From contig MU004230.1 in NCBI GenBank assembly GCA_010405405.1, positions 1,336,627 to 1,400,626 of the forward strand: 64,000 bases of DNA. Reading direction: 5' to 3'. A program made the translations under genes and the position numbers. The notes beneath the pieces are model-generated. The model was not told where the DNA came from. It saw nothing but the letters and a program-made list of their open reading frames with translations, and searched no databases. This stretch comes from Microthyrium microscopicum. Its lineage: Eukaryota. Shown here piece by piece: positions 1-12,553 of the stretch; position 1 is the first letter of the stretch; the number at the start of each line of letters is the position of its first letter.

Positions 1-3000
1 CCCTTCCAAGTTCTGTTGCTATTGGTTCTATTAGCCTTACTTCTGTCAACACTGCTTTGTCGGCCTCTAGTTCTCCGATTCCCAACAATATCACCCCTAA
101 CATTATCCCGAACATCGTCACTAACATTATCCCTAACATCATCCCCAATATCATCTCCAATATCATTCCCGGTCCCGTTTCTAGTAATCCGATTTCACTC
201 AGCTCGAATCCCGCGGGCGAAAGCTCAATCAGTTCCAATTCTTTGGATACGAATTCTATCCCCCCTATCTCAATGCTCTCCAACATTCTTTCACTGCCGT
301 CAATCTCGGTATCTAGTCTGTCGATCCCATCGATTGAGCTTTCAAGTTTTCCATTACCCTCAATCACGTTGCCAAGTCTCACCGATTCTTTAAGTCTGTC
401 TTTGCCCTCAATCAGCATATCGAGCATTTCAAAGTCATCTAGCTACATGCTAGGTGATACAAGTCCATCAATCTCGGAATATTCAATGTCTGCATCATCA
501 GACACTGAGTCATTGGTGCCGACATCATCAGAAATGCAATCATCAATTTCAATACCATCAACCTTTACATTATCAATACCTGCAACATCAATCGGGCTGT
601 CGTTGTCTTCGCTATCAATCACAGCTGGAATATCGTTACCAACGACGGTGATAAATTCTCAATTGATTTCATCAGCGTTCAGCTCACCTTCACCATCACC
701 TATTCTCAACAATATCATTCCTCACATTATCCCAAACATTATCCCGAACATTATCCCGAACATCGTTCATGGTCCCATCTTCAATAATCCAGCTTCGCCT
801 TCTCCGAGCCCAAGCTCAACGGGTGGTAGCTCAGTTGAAGCAAGCTCGATCAATTCTATTTCCTCAACTGGGATGTCTGAAACATCTGTTTTGGCGTCTT
901 CTCAATCCATTGTCTTAAGCTCTTCAAACCTGCCATCTGCGGATGGGTCGAGCCTTTCATTCTCATCTTCATCGGACGTTGTGCCTTCAATTGACTCAAA
1001 TAGCGAGTCAGCAACGTCAACCCTTCTATCAAACGCCGTCTCAGGCGCCAACACAGCTTCCTCAGTGGCCAGCGCTTCTGTCGATTCAAGTACAAGTCTT
1101 TCTGCAATAGTCCCTAGTTCCATTTCAGCCATGTTATCTGCACCAAGTTCTGCATTGGATCCAGCATCATTATCATTATCAGCCAGCGCTTTGATGAGTC
1201 CTTCACCAATTGCTTCGAATTCCTTCTCAACAATCGCATCGGCGACCGATTCAGCACTGACGATTTCAAATTCAGCAGTCTCCTCAGAACCATTCCCGTC
1301 ATCATCGGATACAATCGAATCACAGTCGGACTCGGCCTCCTCCGACTTGAGCTCCGAGGCGCCGTCCGGCTCTCAAATGATAACCACGCTTGGTTGGAAT
1401 ACTCTTGGATGTTATAAGGATATTCAGCCTACTCGGGCACTGGCGGAATTCACCCGTATTGGTACAATGGATCAAGAGCTATGCCAGTCGATTGCTAGTA
1501 CTTCTGCCATGAAGTGGGCTGCGGTTGAGTATGGAACTGAATGCTGGTTTGGAAGCACGATTGCCTTCACAATAACAGAAGACGACCCCGTTTCATGCTC
1601 ATTCCCCTGTGGTGGAAACAGCCTTGAAAGCTGTGGAGGTGGAAGTGTAATGAATCTCTTCTATCTTTCCACGCTACCACCAAGTTCGTCCTCAGCAATC
1701 TCTTCCTCGCATATAACATCTAGTGCACACTCTTCAGCAGCGTCATCCTCAGTTCATACAAGCTCACAAGCTGCAAGTCCATCACCGAGTATCAGTTCGC
1801 CTGTTTTGGCTCCTACATCTTCAGTAGCAAGTTCCTCAACAGCGAGTTCCTTAGCAGCAAGTTCTTCAGCAGCAAGTTCCTCGGCAGCAGGTTCATCATC
1901 AGCAGGTTCTTCGAGCTCGCCGATATCAAGTTCTTCCGCTGGGATTATGGCCTCGACCACTCAGTCAAGCAGTCTAGAATCATCAATGATCGCTAGTGAA
2001 TCTTCTTCCAATATTTTATCATCTAGCTTGCCCGAATCAAGCTCACTACCAGCTAGCCTATCGCCCTCTGGATCTCTGGTTACTGTATCAAATAGTATGT
2101 CTTCAAGCATGCAACTGGGAAGCTCGTCGCCACTACCCTCTGTAGCGTCTTCTTCCCCAACACTGTCAGTTACTCCATCTCTCTCAAGCCCCTCTGGTTT
2201 GATCTCGAATGTCCCTGCCTCAAGCTCAAGTTCAGCAACTTCGGCCTCGGCAAGTGGTAGCATTGTGAGCTCGAACCCGAGCTCGCAAAGTCTGTCTCAA
2301 AGCAACAATCTTCCAATCAGTTCAACAATTCCAATCGATTCAAACACCAACACCAACCCTGCGTCTGTTTCAATAGCTTCGCCAATTTCCCAGAGTGCCA
2401 GTGCTTCTTTGTCTTCAATTAGTCAATCAAGCCAGACTTATAGTCCTTTACCAAGCTCTTCCACTACTGTCACTACTTCAACTGAAATTCCCTTATCTGA
2501 GAACTCAAGCGCTGTCCCAACTATGTCAGAAGCAAGTCCATCGGATATCAACCCATCTACTCCATCAGACAGCTTCGGAAGTAGTTCGTCAGATGCCTCT
2601 TCAAATGACGTTCATACATCGTCGGAAGTAAATACATTGAGGATCAGCTCATCTGCTGTTGCAACAAGCTCTACAACTGGTGCTTCCGAGATCACTTCTA
2701 CAACATTGATCCTCTTCCCGAGCAACAGCAACACTATCAATTTTAGTGGCACACCATATACCGTGTCAGGTAGTGGCATTGCTTCGGTGACTCTCAGCCC
2801 TGTATTGCAGTCTATCGCATCGCAGGTATCTACATTATCATCCATTTCATCCCAAGAACATATCACATCATCGCCCTTCCCAAACCCGACTTCAAGCAGC
2901 GGCTCCAGCGTCAGTTCGTCTAGTCAGACTAGGGGTCTTCTGAACGGTCCACTCATTCAACCTAACATTCAGCTCGCTTCGTCCCTAAGCAATAGCAATC

Positions 3001-6000
3001 CATCAGCATCCTCGCACAGTAACAGTAATCCGGCAACATCCTCACAGAGCCCCGCGTCCCCTGGCCTCATTTCCAGTTCTGCTGGTCAGACTAGCTCTGC
3101 TTCCCATTCTGGCTCTTCGCAAGCACTTACATCCCTTTCTGTTTCCCCTCAAAGCGCAACCACCCTGTCTTCAACACTACAAAGCTCACTTTCAAGTGGA
3201 CTTCATAGCGTCAGTTCGCCTGTTCATACTAGCACCTTTCCGCAATCGATCGGATCGCAAGTTTTGACTTCACCATCTCTTTCATCTCAACGTAACAGCA
3301 ATACGCTCTCAACTATACAGAGCTTAATCCTTCAGAGCTCGTTGTTAAGCATGAACCCCAGCATGGGCTCTCTTAGTCAAACTGGCTCCTTTTTGCAGTC
3401 CGTTCTATCTCGACCGTCTACCTCGCCAACTCTTATTTCCCAAATCAATAGCATTCTATCTTCGGCTTCACAAAGCCTGCCCTTACAAAGCTCAGCAGCT
3501 TCACTAAGCCCAACACTTTCACAAAATTCAGTACTTTCACAAAGCTCGGCTTTTTCCCAAAGCTCGGCACTTTCCCAAAACTCAGCACTTTCCCAAAGCT
3601 TAGCACTTTCCCAAAACTCAGCATCTTCCCTAAACTCAGCACTTTCCCAAAGCCCATTCTCGTACAGTTCATCGTCTACTAGAAGTCCCACAGCCGTTGT
3701 CTCTAGTCAGACTCCCTCTCAGATTTCCTCTTTGCAACATCAAAGTGGTTCTATGAACACTTTTAGTCTTCAATCAGCACCTTTATCGACGCAATCGGTT
3801 CTCACCAACACCAATACATTATCATTTGTTTCCGGTCCTTCAACATTACTAACGATACGTATCAGCTCTAGTATCTTAAACATCGAGTCATCATCCGCTC
3901 CAACGACAGGCTCTTTCAGCGTCGATCTGAGTATTCCGATCAGTTCTAGCTCCCCCATGCTACCGAGCACAAATATTGGGTCTTCGGATTTACAAAACAG
4001 CGCAAGTAGCAGCATTTCTAATAGCCTGTTACTAAGCAGCCCATCCTCAATTGGCATCCAGAGCTCAAGCAGCGCCCAAGTGACCTCTGGGTCGAATGCT
4101 GACAGTTCAATGAATCCCAGCCCCCAGCCATCCATCAGTGCTACGTCTTCACTCGGCGTCGCGTCGTCCAGCGCTGGACTGACAGGCTCGAACCAGTTGA
4201 GCACTACTGCAATACCGCTTAGCTCATCTGTAGCAAGCTCCATCCCAGCGAGCAGGACTTTCACAGCGTCTAGCTCGGCCATTGCAAGCTCAACCTCCAA
4301 TGTAGACATGCTTCCAGTTTCGCCGGATAATGCTCAAACCATCGGAGGTGGTGTCTTTTTGGTCCCTGGCACGTTTGATAGCTCCAATAACATGTAAGAG
4401 CATATTTAACACTACTTGAATCTCGCTAATATCTTTAGTTTCTGGAACACTACCAGCGGAAACATGTCGCAAATTGTGATTCCGCTCAGCAATAACACTG
4501 CAATCACTAACAGTCCAAGTAATGCTGTTCTCACTTTTGTCTTAGGTCAAGGAGTATTTCAGAGGCCGAGCCTAAATCCAGGGAAGCTGAAGCGTTTCAT
4601 TTCTCGCGGAGTCGAACACCTAATCTCACAACTTTTCAAAAGACAAAATCCGGGCAACTTGCCGGTCCCAGACTATGGCTGCATGCTGTACGGCGAAATA
4701 GATAACAACATCGTTTTCAGCATGAACGTGAGCGACATTCCACAGAATGCCACTACTTTTTCAACGTCGTCTTTTGACCCCAGCTCAAACCAAACAGTTG
4801 TGTTCTCGGAAATTTGTGCGAATGGCACCGTCCTCATAACTTTCACGATGGCGAACCTTACTGAGACTGTCGACGCTACAGCCGCAGCATCGTCGACTGT
4901 TTCTGTATCCGATATCTCGTCAATTACTGGTATTGGCAGCATCACTTTGTCCACGGGCACATTTGCGGACCCTTCATCCTCATTTGGGTTGATAACATCG
5001 GGTATGTTGCCTTGATCTCTTTTATCTAACATCAACTAAACTAAGCAGGATCTATTGTGTCATCTATCATGACCCTTTCATCGACATGCCCCGTGATGTC
5101 TCGTGTCACAACGACGATATTGACTACATCTACAATCACCAACTGCCCTACACCACTGACGTGTCCAACAGCCATGTCCTCGCTTGTTTCTTCATCTTCG
5201 TGTAGCAGCACTCTGATGGCTTCTCTTTGTTATACCTGCTCAGTAAGCCCAACTCTCGTCGTTACGACTTGTGCGCCTACTGGTCCGTCTTCGACTTCTT
5301 CGGGTCCACTTGTCACTTCCACTCCTGGTTCTGGATTAGCACCGAATTGCCCGAATGATCCTGCAGGAAGAATATTTTCTGATGCTATGGGCCGACTATA
5401 TGGTATTTATTGCGGCACCGAATACGCAGATCCCAGTATAGCTGCGCAGCACCAAGAGTCTTTCGTGGCTTGCGTCAACGCTTGCGACATGTATAACATT
5501 ATCTATTTCAGCCAAGGCAGTCCATGTCGCGGTGTTACGTATTTTGAGAACAGCAACGCTACCAACTGTGTCTTTAAAGCCAGCGTCAATTCTCCTGTAC
5601 CCGTTCCAGGAGCAGATTCCGGTGCATTGCTGAACCCTCTGGAACCAGCTCCGCCAAACAACTACAGTACATTGATGCCAAGCTTGACAGCCACTATTAC
5701 CGTAACTGTGACTGGAATGCCAGGCCCAATATCTACTGGGCCTACTTGTCCGGGGGCTAACAATACTCTTTATACCTCGCCTAACCAAGACGTGTGGTGG
5801 ATTCTTTGCTCATTCCCACCAGCGAATATGCGAAGAGACATAGCTAAAAGAGACGACGCCACGAATGCCTTCACGTCTTGCATTGACTTGTGTAGTACCA
5901 CTGAGGGCTGCAGCTATGTCGAGTTCAATCCGAATACGAACGTTTGCTATCGGTACACTTACGTTTGTCAATATCCAACATATCCAGATTGGTCAGCTGT

Positions 6001-6805
6001 CCTCATAAGTGACTCTCAAGGTCTCGTCCAGTTGCCATACTGTGGAGGATCTGGCAATGGTACAGGTAATGGAGGCGGTACTGGCGCAGGTACTGGTCCT
6101 GCTACAGGCCCAGGAACAGGCGCGGGTAGTGGTCCTGGCACAGGTGCTGGTTCGGGACCTGGCACAGGCGCTGGTAGCGGTGGCACAGGTGCTGGTTCGG
6201 GACCTGGCACAGGAGCTGGCACAGGCGTAGGTACAGGGCCCGGAACAGGCGCAGGCACTGGCCCAGGCACAGGTCCTGGAACAGGCGTCGGCACAGGGCC
6301 AGGAACAGGTCCAGGAACGGGTCCAGGTACAGGTCCAGGTACAGGTCCAGGTACAGGTCCAGGATTGCCGACGACAATATTCCAGACCCAAATCATCACG
6401 CAGACTCAAGTCGTGACCAGCGTGATCACACAGACGACCGTTAGCACGCAAACAACAGTTCAGTTCTCCACCATCGTATCGACGGAGGTCTCCACAGTGT
6501 CGGGCTCCGTCATCACAGTAACAAACACGACGACAGTGCCTACAACAGTCACGGAGGCTACGACGATAGTATCTGCTGTATCTTTTACAACAACTCAGAC
6601 TTCTACATCTGTAGTAACGCAAACGCAACCTCCAGTCACCATCACCGAAGGCGGTAATGGCACTGTGACGGTGACTGTGGGAGGACTTTCGACAACTCCG
6701 TTTATATGCTACTCAACTGCTAGACACTTCCTTCCCACGATGAAAAGGAAACGTTTGGAAGGCTTGATTGTAGAAGCAACAGGATTCCCATTGGTTCTTA
6801 TGTAG
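1..6805 (+). CDS. Very large Ser/Thr-rich (mucin-like) surface/secreted protein with a WSC domain and two Cys-rich PAN/apple-like modules; 5' end outside window
   Basis: Frame open from nt 3. ORFs 57-4397, 4416-5015 and 5057-6805 are joined in frame by introns 4394-4438 (GTAAGA..CTAAT..TAG) and 5002-5048 (GTATGT..CAG). WSC motif (WNTLGCYKD...CQSIA...AAVEYGTECWFG...CSFPCGGNSLESCGG) at ~1390-1665; Cys modules at ~5345-5580 and ~5745-5960. Confidence 0.8.
80..770 (+). repeat. Two blocks of 12-nt coding tandem repeat (PNII)n inside a duplicated segment
   Basis: PNNITPNIIPNIVTNIIPNIIPNIISNIIPGP (~80-175) and LNNIIPHIIPNIIPNIIPNIVHGP (~705-775). Confidence 0.85.
3515..3655 (+). repeat. 18-nt coding tandem repeat (SALSQN/S)n, ~7-8 copies
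   Basis: Repeated ctcagcactttcccaaaa variants. Confidence 0.85.
6050..6364 (+). repeat. Gly/Thr/Pro coding tandem repeat (GPGT/GAGT)n
   Basis: Repeated ggtccaggtaca and ggcacaggtgct units. Confidence 0.9.
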
Positions 6806-6982
6806 GGATACAGATATTACCATCTTTACTCTGTCGTTTCAAGATATGTATGATCTATTTGGGAGCGATTGATTTGGCTGCGGCCACGGGCATCGCGTTT
6901 GGTAGATGGATAGGTAGTTATATTCCCTAAAGTAATTCCAATAATACTTTCACGACAACGACTTTCATTGGCTAGATCACAT

Positions 6983-9958
6983 CTATATTCCTCCTCGTTT
7001 CCGTCGAATCACAGGTTTTCTAACCTCACCAGACTCTGTCACCTTCTTCTCTTGAATGGTGAGTTTCTTCTTCCCATTGACTCTATGCGAGTCCTTCTCT
7101 CTTGCAACTCTTTTCTCTTCTCTCTCTTTGTCCTCCACCATTTTAGCCTCAAGCTCTGCCTTTCGGTTGAACTCTGTTTCAGTTATACGTTTATCACGCG
7201 CCGAGTAGCCCTTCTCCTTGATCGAATAAAAGACTGCTCCCATATCGGCCAGCCAGTGGGGATCTACGGAGGTCACGCACGACATGTACTCTTTACTGGT
7301 TAGAATAAGCTCGTGGTAGACCACATATTCTGGAAGATAGCCCAGGCCATATAGTGCACTCGTCGGGTGTAGCTGTACGGTAACGCTGGTGCGTAAATTC
7401 ACGTATTCGCCAATGCCCTTGACCTTTCCAGCATGATGGTAGTAGCCGGAGCAAATGCACTTCCGTATACGGTCCCAGTCGGTCCCGCAGCTTTCAAGAG
7501 CTAATTGTTGTACTCGCATAATGTCCGTCAGCTGTTCGCGGATTTCTCTAGCGCGCCGGAGAATTTTTGGATGCAAAAAGTGCTTGGTACACCATGAGTC
7601 CAGATAGCCGTGCATTTTCCATTGGCTGTAAACGTGTAACAAGGTCAGGTGATCAGACTCGGGCACGAAGAACTTCTCGCGAGCAGCGTCGGATTCTTCT
7701 TGACGTTCTTTGGGGCGGTAGAAGACGTTTGGAACAGACAGCATTGAGACGATGGTCAGCATTTCTTCAGTACAGCCGTATTCTTTGGCGGTGATGATGA
7801 TCTTGGCCATTGATGGGTCCATTGGAAAGGATGTCATGGTTTTACCGAGTGTCGTGAGATCACCGACGTTGTCAATGGCACCGAGGGCCCATAGGTCGAA
7901 GAGAGAAGTCGTAATGACATCTTGAGGGGGTGGATCCATAAAGTCAAAGTCTAGGAGATCTTTGACCCCAAGTGACTTGATTAGAAGAACAGTGTTGGCA
8001 AGGTTTGTTCGTTGAATTTCTGGAATGGCGGCAACGTACAGCTCTTCCTTGAAGGCTCGCTCGGTATAGAGATGGTATGCTTTTCCAGGTCCAGTTCTCC
8101 CTGCTCGTCCAGCACGTTGAGAAGCATTTGCTTGAGAGATCGGGGTAATTTGAAGTGTGTCCATGCCCATCCGTGGATTGTATACCTTGAGTTTCGAGAA
8201 GCCGGCATCTACCACAAACATAATGCCGTCGACAGTTAAACTAGTTTCGGCAATGTTGGTCGCCACAATTACTTTTCGAACTCCTGGCGCTGCTTTGTCG
8301 AAAATTTTGGCCTGCAAATCTGCTGGCATTTGACTGTAGATTGGAAGAATGCTCAACTTCGGGGGATCATTCAGGAGTTTCAATCGTTCAGCGACCAGCT
8401 CGCAGGTGATTTCAATATCTTCCTGTCCAGTCATGAAAACAAGAATATCTCCAGCGCCCTGCGAGACGTGGATCGCCAAAACCTGCTTCACAGCACTGTC
8501 GACGTAATCCTCGCAAGGACTCTTGGAATACTGTATGTCGACGGGAAAAGTGCGGCCAGGTATGAAGAACTCTGGCGCTCCACCAAAGAAGCGCGAGAAT
8601 CGCTCGGAGTTCATTGTGGCCGAAGTCACAATAAGCTTCAAATCGCGTCGTCTAGCGAGGACCTTCTTGATAAGCCCCATGAGAACATCGGTATTCAAGG
8701 CTCTCTCGTGAGCTTCATCCATGATGATGCAGGAGTACCTATCAAGATCTGGCTCGTTGAGAGATTCTCGAAGCAGGACACCATCAGTCATGTATTTGAT
8801 GACAGTATCTTTGCTCGTGCAATCTTCGAAGCGAATAGCATAACCAACAAGACCTCCAAGCTTGACTTCCATTTCTTCACTGACACGTTTCGCAACACTC
8901 ATGGCAGCAACACGACGAGGCTGTGTGCAGCCAATAAGTCCAAAATTGCCGTAGCCATCTTCATGCAAAAATTGTGTAAGCTGAGTGGTCTTGCCTGAGC
9001 CAGTCTGACCAACTACAATAATGACCTGATTATCGCGGATGACGCGAAGTAGATCCTCTCGGACAGCAAACGCTGGCAAGTATTCTCGCTGCTCCTTCAA
9101 AGATTTGCTACGACTGAACGCGCTCTGGCCTTCGCTACTTTTCATATGCTCTGCAAATTTGTTTCCTTTGTGTTCTTCCTCACCAGGAGCAGGTGCGGCG
9201 CTGTCCCCTTCATCACCTCGGACACCCATGAGGTTTCCAAGTGTGGAGTTTGCGACTGTTGTGGCATCCTGAGCTTGTTTCTGTCGTTCTTTCTGTTGTC
9301 TCTTTTCTTTAACAGCCCGAGAGCCTTTTCTACTAAATACAGCCAGGTCACTCTGGGGGTCTTTGACAGCAGAAATTGGTTCTATTTGTTTCGTGAAAAC
9401 CTTCCGCCCATCCAAAAATGGTGGCTTGAGATCATGAACCAGCAAATGTATTCGCGTTGCCTCTTCATCATCGTCCAAGCCGTCATCGGCATAATCTCTC
9501 CTCTGCGCGACGCCGGAAGTAAGCATGCGGTTTGTCTCCCAGGCATCAGAATCTTTCTGCCGCTGCGCCATGAGCGCTGATCGACGCCCTCCAATGTTTT
9601 GTTGTTGCTTCTTTCTCTTCTCCATCATCTCAGCCTCACGCTGTTGCTCAGAATATAGGTCCTCGGCACCTCCGAAGGGATTGTGAGTCTCATCACCAAA
9701 GGCGTGTCCATTCTCTTCACCTCCGTACCAGTCGCGGTCTAAAGCCAGCTGGTCCTCTTCGCCAACGCCTGGCTCCGGCGTATCGAACTCATGTTGACGT
9801 GGCGTTGTTCCGTGCGATCGAGGAGTCGCGTATCCAGAACCAAGTCGGGAGACGTGACGCGGTTTGGGGCGAGTTAAGGAAGGTCCGACAGCATCTTCAG
9901 AGGCTGAAGCAGCCGAATCGTCCAGGCGGCGGCGCTTGCGGGGTATGTCTCCGTTCAT
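6983..9958 (-). CDS. PRP16: Pre-mRNA splicing DEAH-box RNA helicase Prp16 (DHX38)
   Basis: [19 protein letters not shown] and QRAGRAGR motifs; Prp16-typical N-terminus ([24 protein letters not shown]); intronless; likely ATG at 9958. Confidence 0.93.
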   Translation of the reverse strand: MNGDIPRKRRRLDDSAASASEDAVGPSLTRPKPRHVSRLGSGYATPRSHGTTPRQHEFDTPEPGVGEEDQLALDRDWYGGEENGHAFGDETHNPFGGAEDLYSEQQREAEMMEKRKKQQQNIGGRRSALMAQRQKDSDAWETNRMLTSGVAQRRDYADDGLDDDEEATRIHLLVHDLKPPFLDGRKVFTKQIEPISAVKDPQSDLAVFSRKGSRAVKEKRQQKERQKQAQDATTVANSTLGNLMGVRGDEGDSAAPAPGEEEHKGNKFAEHMKSSEGQSAFSRSKSLKEQREYLPAFAVREDLLRVIRDNQVIIVVGQTGSGKTTQLTQFLHEDGYGNFGLIGCTQPRRVAAMSVAKRVSEEMEVKLGGLVGYAIRFEDCTSKDTVIKYMTDGVLLRESLNEPDLDRYSCIIMDEAHERALNTDVLMGLIKKVLARRRDLKLIVTSATMNSERFSRFFGGAPEFFIPGRTFPVDIQYSKSPCEDYVDSAVKQVLAIHVSQGAGDILVFMTGQEDIEITCELVAERLKLLNDPPKLSILPIYSQMPADLQAKIFDKAAPGVRKVIVATNIAETSLTVDGIMFVVDAGFSKLKVYNPRMGMDTLQITPISQANASQRAGRAGRTGPGKAYHLYTERAFKEELYVAAIPEIQRTNLANTVLLIKSLGVKDLLDFDFMDPPPQDVITTSLFDLWALGAIDNVGDLTTLGKTMTSFPMDPSMAKIIITAKEYGCTEEMLTIVSMLSVPNVFYRPKERQEESDAAREKFFVPESDHLTLLHVYSQWKMHGYLDSWCTKHFLHPKILRRAREIREQLTDIMRVQQLALESCGTDWDRIRKCICSGYYHHAGKVKGIGEYVNLRTSVTVQLHPTSALYGLGYLPEYVVYHELILTSKEYMSCVTSVDPHWLADMGAVFYSIKEKGYSARDKRITETEFNRKAELEAKMVEDKEREEKRVAREKDSHRVNGKKKLTIQEKKVTESGEVRKPVIRRKRGGI

Positions 9959-10257
9959 AGTTCGTGAGATGAAATCGTGGAGAAAGTTGCGTAATAATAT
10001 TGTTCGATAGATAGAGAGCAACTCTCATAATAGAGGTTGTGGTTGATGGGTAAATGGGTAAAGACGACCAGAGGTAACAGGTACTATGGGCAACATCTCG
10101 AAGGTCAAGCGTCCCACCACCTAAATTTTTGTGCAGGGATCTTCCAACACCACAAAAAAAAGTTTAGAGTTGCCCCCACTTATGAGCCTCGCTCTGAAAA
10201 TCCTCGACTCACTCTTGGAATTTCTATTCAAGTTTCTGTTTGTTTAATATTGCGACT

Positions 10258-12058
10258 ATGTCCATGATCACAGCGACCGGCTGGGTCCCTCGAGGCTTCG
10301 CCGCCGCTTTCCCCACCAAATACGTCTTTGACGACGACGAGTATGGCCGAATCGCCAAGCTCGCAAAGTTACAACTCGAAGACGCCGAAGAAGACCTTGA
10401 AGAAGCAAAAGAGGCGGCTGAAGATATCAATGGAGAATCTTCTGAGCATGATGGCAATGGCGCGACGGGAGAAGTAAATGGAGAGTCGTCCAAGTCAAAT
10501 GGAAATGGCGCGAAAGCCTCTTCCAAAAAGTCCAAGGACAAGGAGTTAGTCCCGCTGACGTATAGAGAGAGCGCGTAGAGCGTAGCTAATAGGATCTAGG
10601 GAAGCCGATGACGATCTGAAAGAGTACGATCTCGAACACTACGACGATGATGGAGACGAAGAGAATGGCCCCGGAACATCAATGGACATGTTTGGAAACT
10701 TCAAGTCCCTGGCCTACCACGAATCAAATGAAGAGGATCCTTATATTACCTTGGATGCTGACGAAGAGGATGACGAAGAGCGCGAGGAACTACAGATATT
10801 TCCGACAGACAATATGCTTCTAGCCGCGCGTATAGAAGACGATATCGCACATCTCGAGGTTTATGTCTATGAAGATGATGCAGACAATCTATATGTCCAC
10901 CACGACATCATGCTTCCTGCATACCCACTCTGCGTAGAATGGCTGAATTCGGCGGCCGGAAAAGGAGCAGCAGAGCGTTCAAAGGAAGCAAAAGAAGCCA
11001 ACTTCGTCGCCATTGGTACCATGAATCCTGATATTGAAATTTGGGATTTGGACATGATAGATTGCATGTATCCCAATGCCATTCTAGGCCAGGGAGGCGA
11101 TCCAAGTGCCGGTGATGGAGAACCCAAGAAGAAAAAGAAGAAAAAGAAGAGCAGAAAGCCCAACGACAAATACCATGTAGATGCCGTACTGTCACTCGCT
11201 GGCAACAAGCAACACAAGAATCTCCTAGCATCTTCATCGGCAGATATGACCGTCAAGCTCTGGGATCTACACTCCACTACATCACACTGCGCTAAATCTT
11301 ACGAGCTCCACCAGGACAAGGTGTGCTCAATAGCGTGGAATCAATATGAGTCTACAGTGCTCCTGACTGGTAGCTACGATCGCACTGCAACCGTGTCAGA
11401 TATGCGAGCGCCTGGCACAAAGGTTCCTCGATGGACAGTTGAGAGTGATGTCGAGACTGTCAAATGGGACCCTCACAATGCCGCGAATTTCTATGTAAGC
11501 TGACTCGACTGATAAGTATAAGCACTCGCTGACGTTTTTTAGGTATCGACAGAAAGTGGTATCATACATTGCTTCGATGTTCGCCAGACACCATCAGAAG
11601 GCCAAAGCAAGGCTTTATGGACTCTCCAAGCTCATGATGAAAGCATCTCTTCCTTCGATGTCAATCCTATCATTCCTGGATATCTAGTCACGGGCTCAAC
11701 AGACAAATCAGTCAAGCTCTGGAACGTTGTTGACAATCGGCCGAGCATGGTCGTTTCCCGCAATCTAGATGTAGGAAAAGTGTTCTCTACTACTTGGGCG
11801 CCAGACAAAGAAGTAGGCTTCCGACTAGCTGTGGCTGGCAGCAAAGGTTCTGTTCAGATATGGGATACCTCCACCAATGCTGCCGTGCGACGAATCTTTG
11901 CCGATCGTGTTGCTCCCGCCGACGGGGAGGAGGTCAAGGAACGACTTATTGGAGTTGAAGAAAGCGAGGACGATTCAGACGAGGATGAGGAGGAAGACGA
12001 AGATGATGCCGAAGGCGGAGAAGACGAGGACGACGATGATGATGAGATGGAAGAATAG
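10258..12058 (+). CDS. PWP1: Periodic tryptophan protein 1 (WD40, ribosome biogenesis)
   Basis: MSMITATGWVPRG start, EVYVYE..DNLYVHHDIMLP motif, WD repeats, acidic tail; frame-consistent introns 10545-10599 and 11495-11542. Confidence 0.9.
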
Positions 12059-12553
12059 GCGACAAGTCGTAGATACTATGCGCCCAAGTCATCAACAACT
12101 AAACGACTCTCTCCCGTCACCTACAATATGTCCCATTGCACTCTTTAACGCAAAAATACTATAATGCCGACCGTATTCTATCCTAGGTCGAGAGTTCTGT
12201 GCGCGCACTAAAGCATGGTGTACTTTGTATAAAGCCCAGAAGTTGATAGACATAATACGGGAGCTTGTAACATATTTTCTGGACCTGCTGGCACCTTGTT
12301 GGCAAAGTTGGGCAGGTACTCCGCAGACAGATACGATGTCTACAAAGCAGTCGTGCTTTAATCAGAAGGAAGCTGCACGCCTGCCTACGCTTTGATATAA
12401 ACACAACTTGACCAGGAAAACCTCTAGTTCTCTCAATCACATCGACCTCTTCAGCTACTCGGTCTGCCACTATAGCGACGCCTCATTTCATTCGTACTAT
12501 CTTGAAAGAGACCACCATTACTACTTCCAGTCACTCACACATCATTTCTAGCA

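Noticed and set aside
5993..6628. Antisense ORFs with (PGPV)n or (CTWT)n
   Set aside because: Shadows of the GPGT coding repeat on the plus strand.
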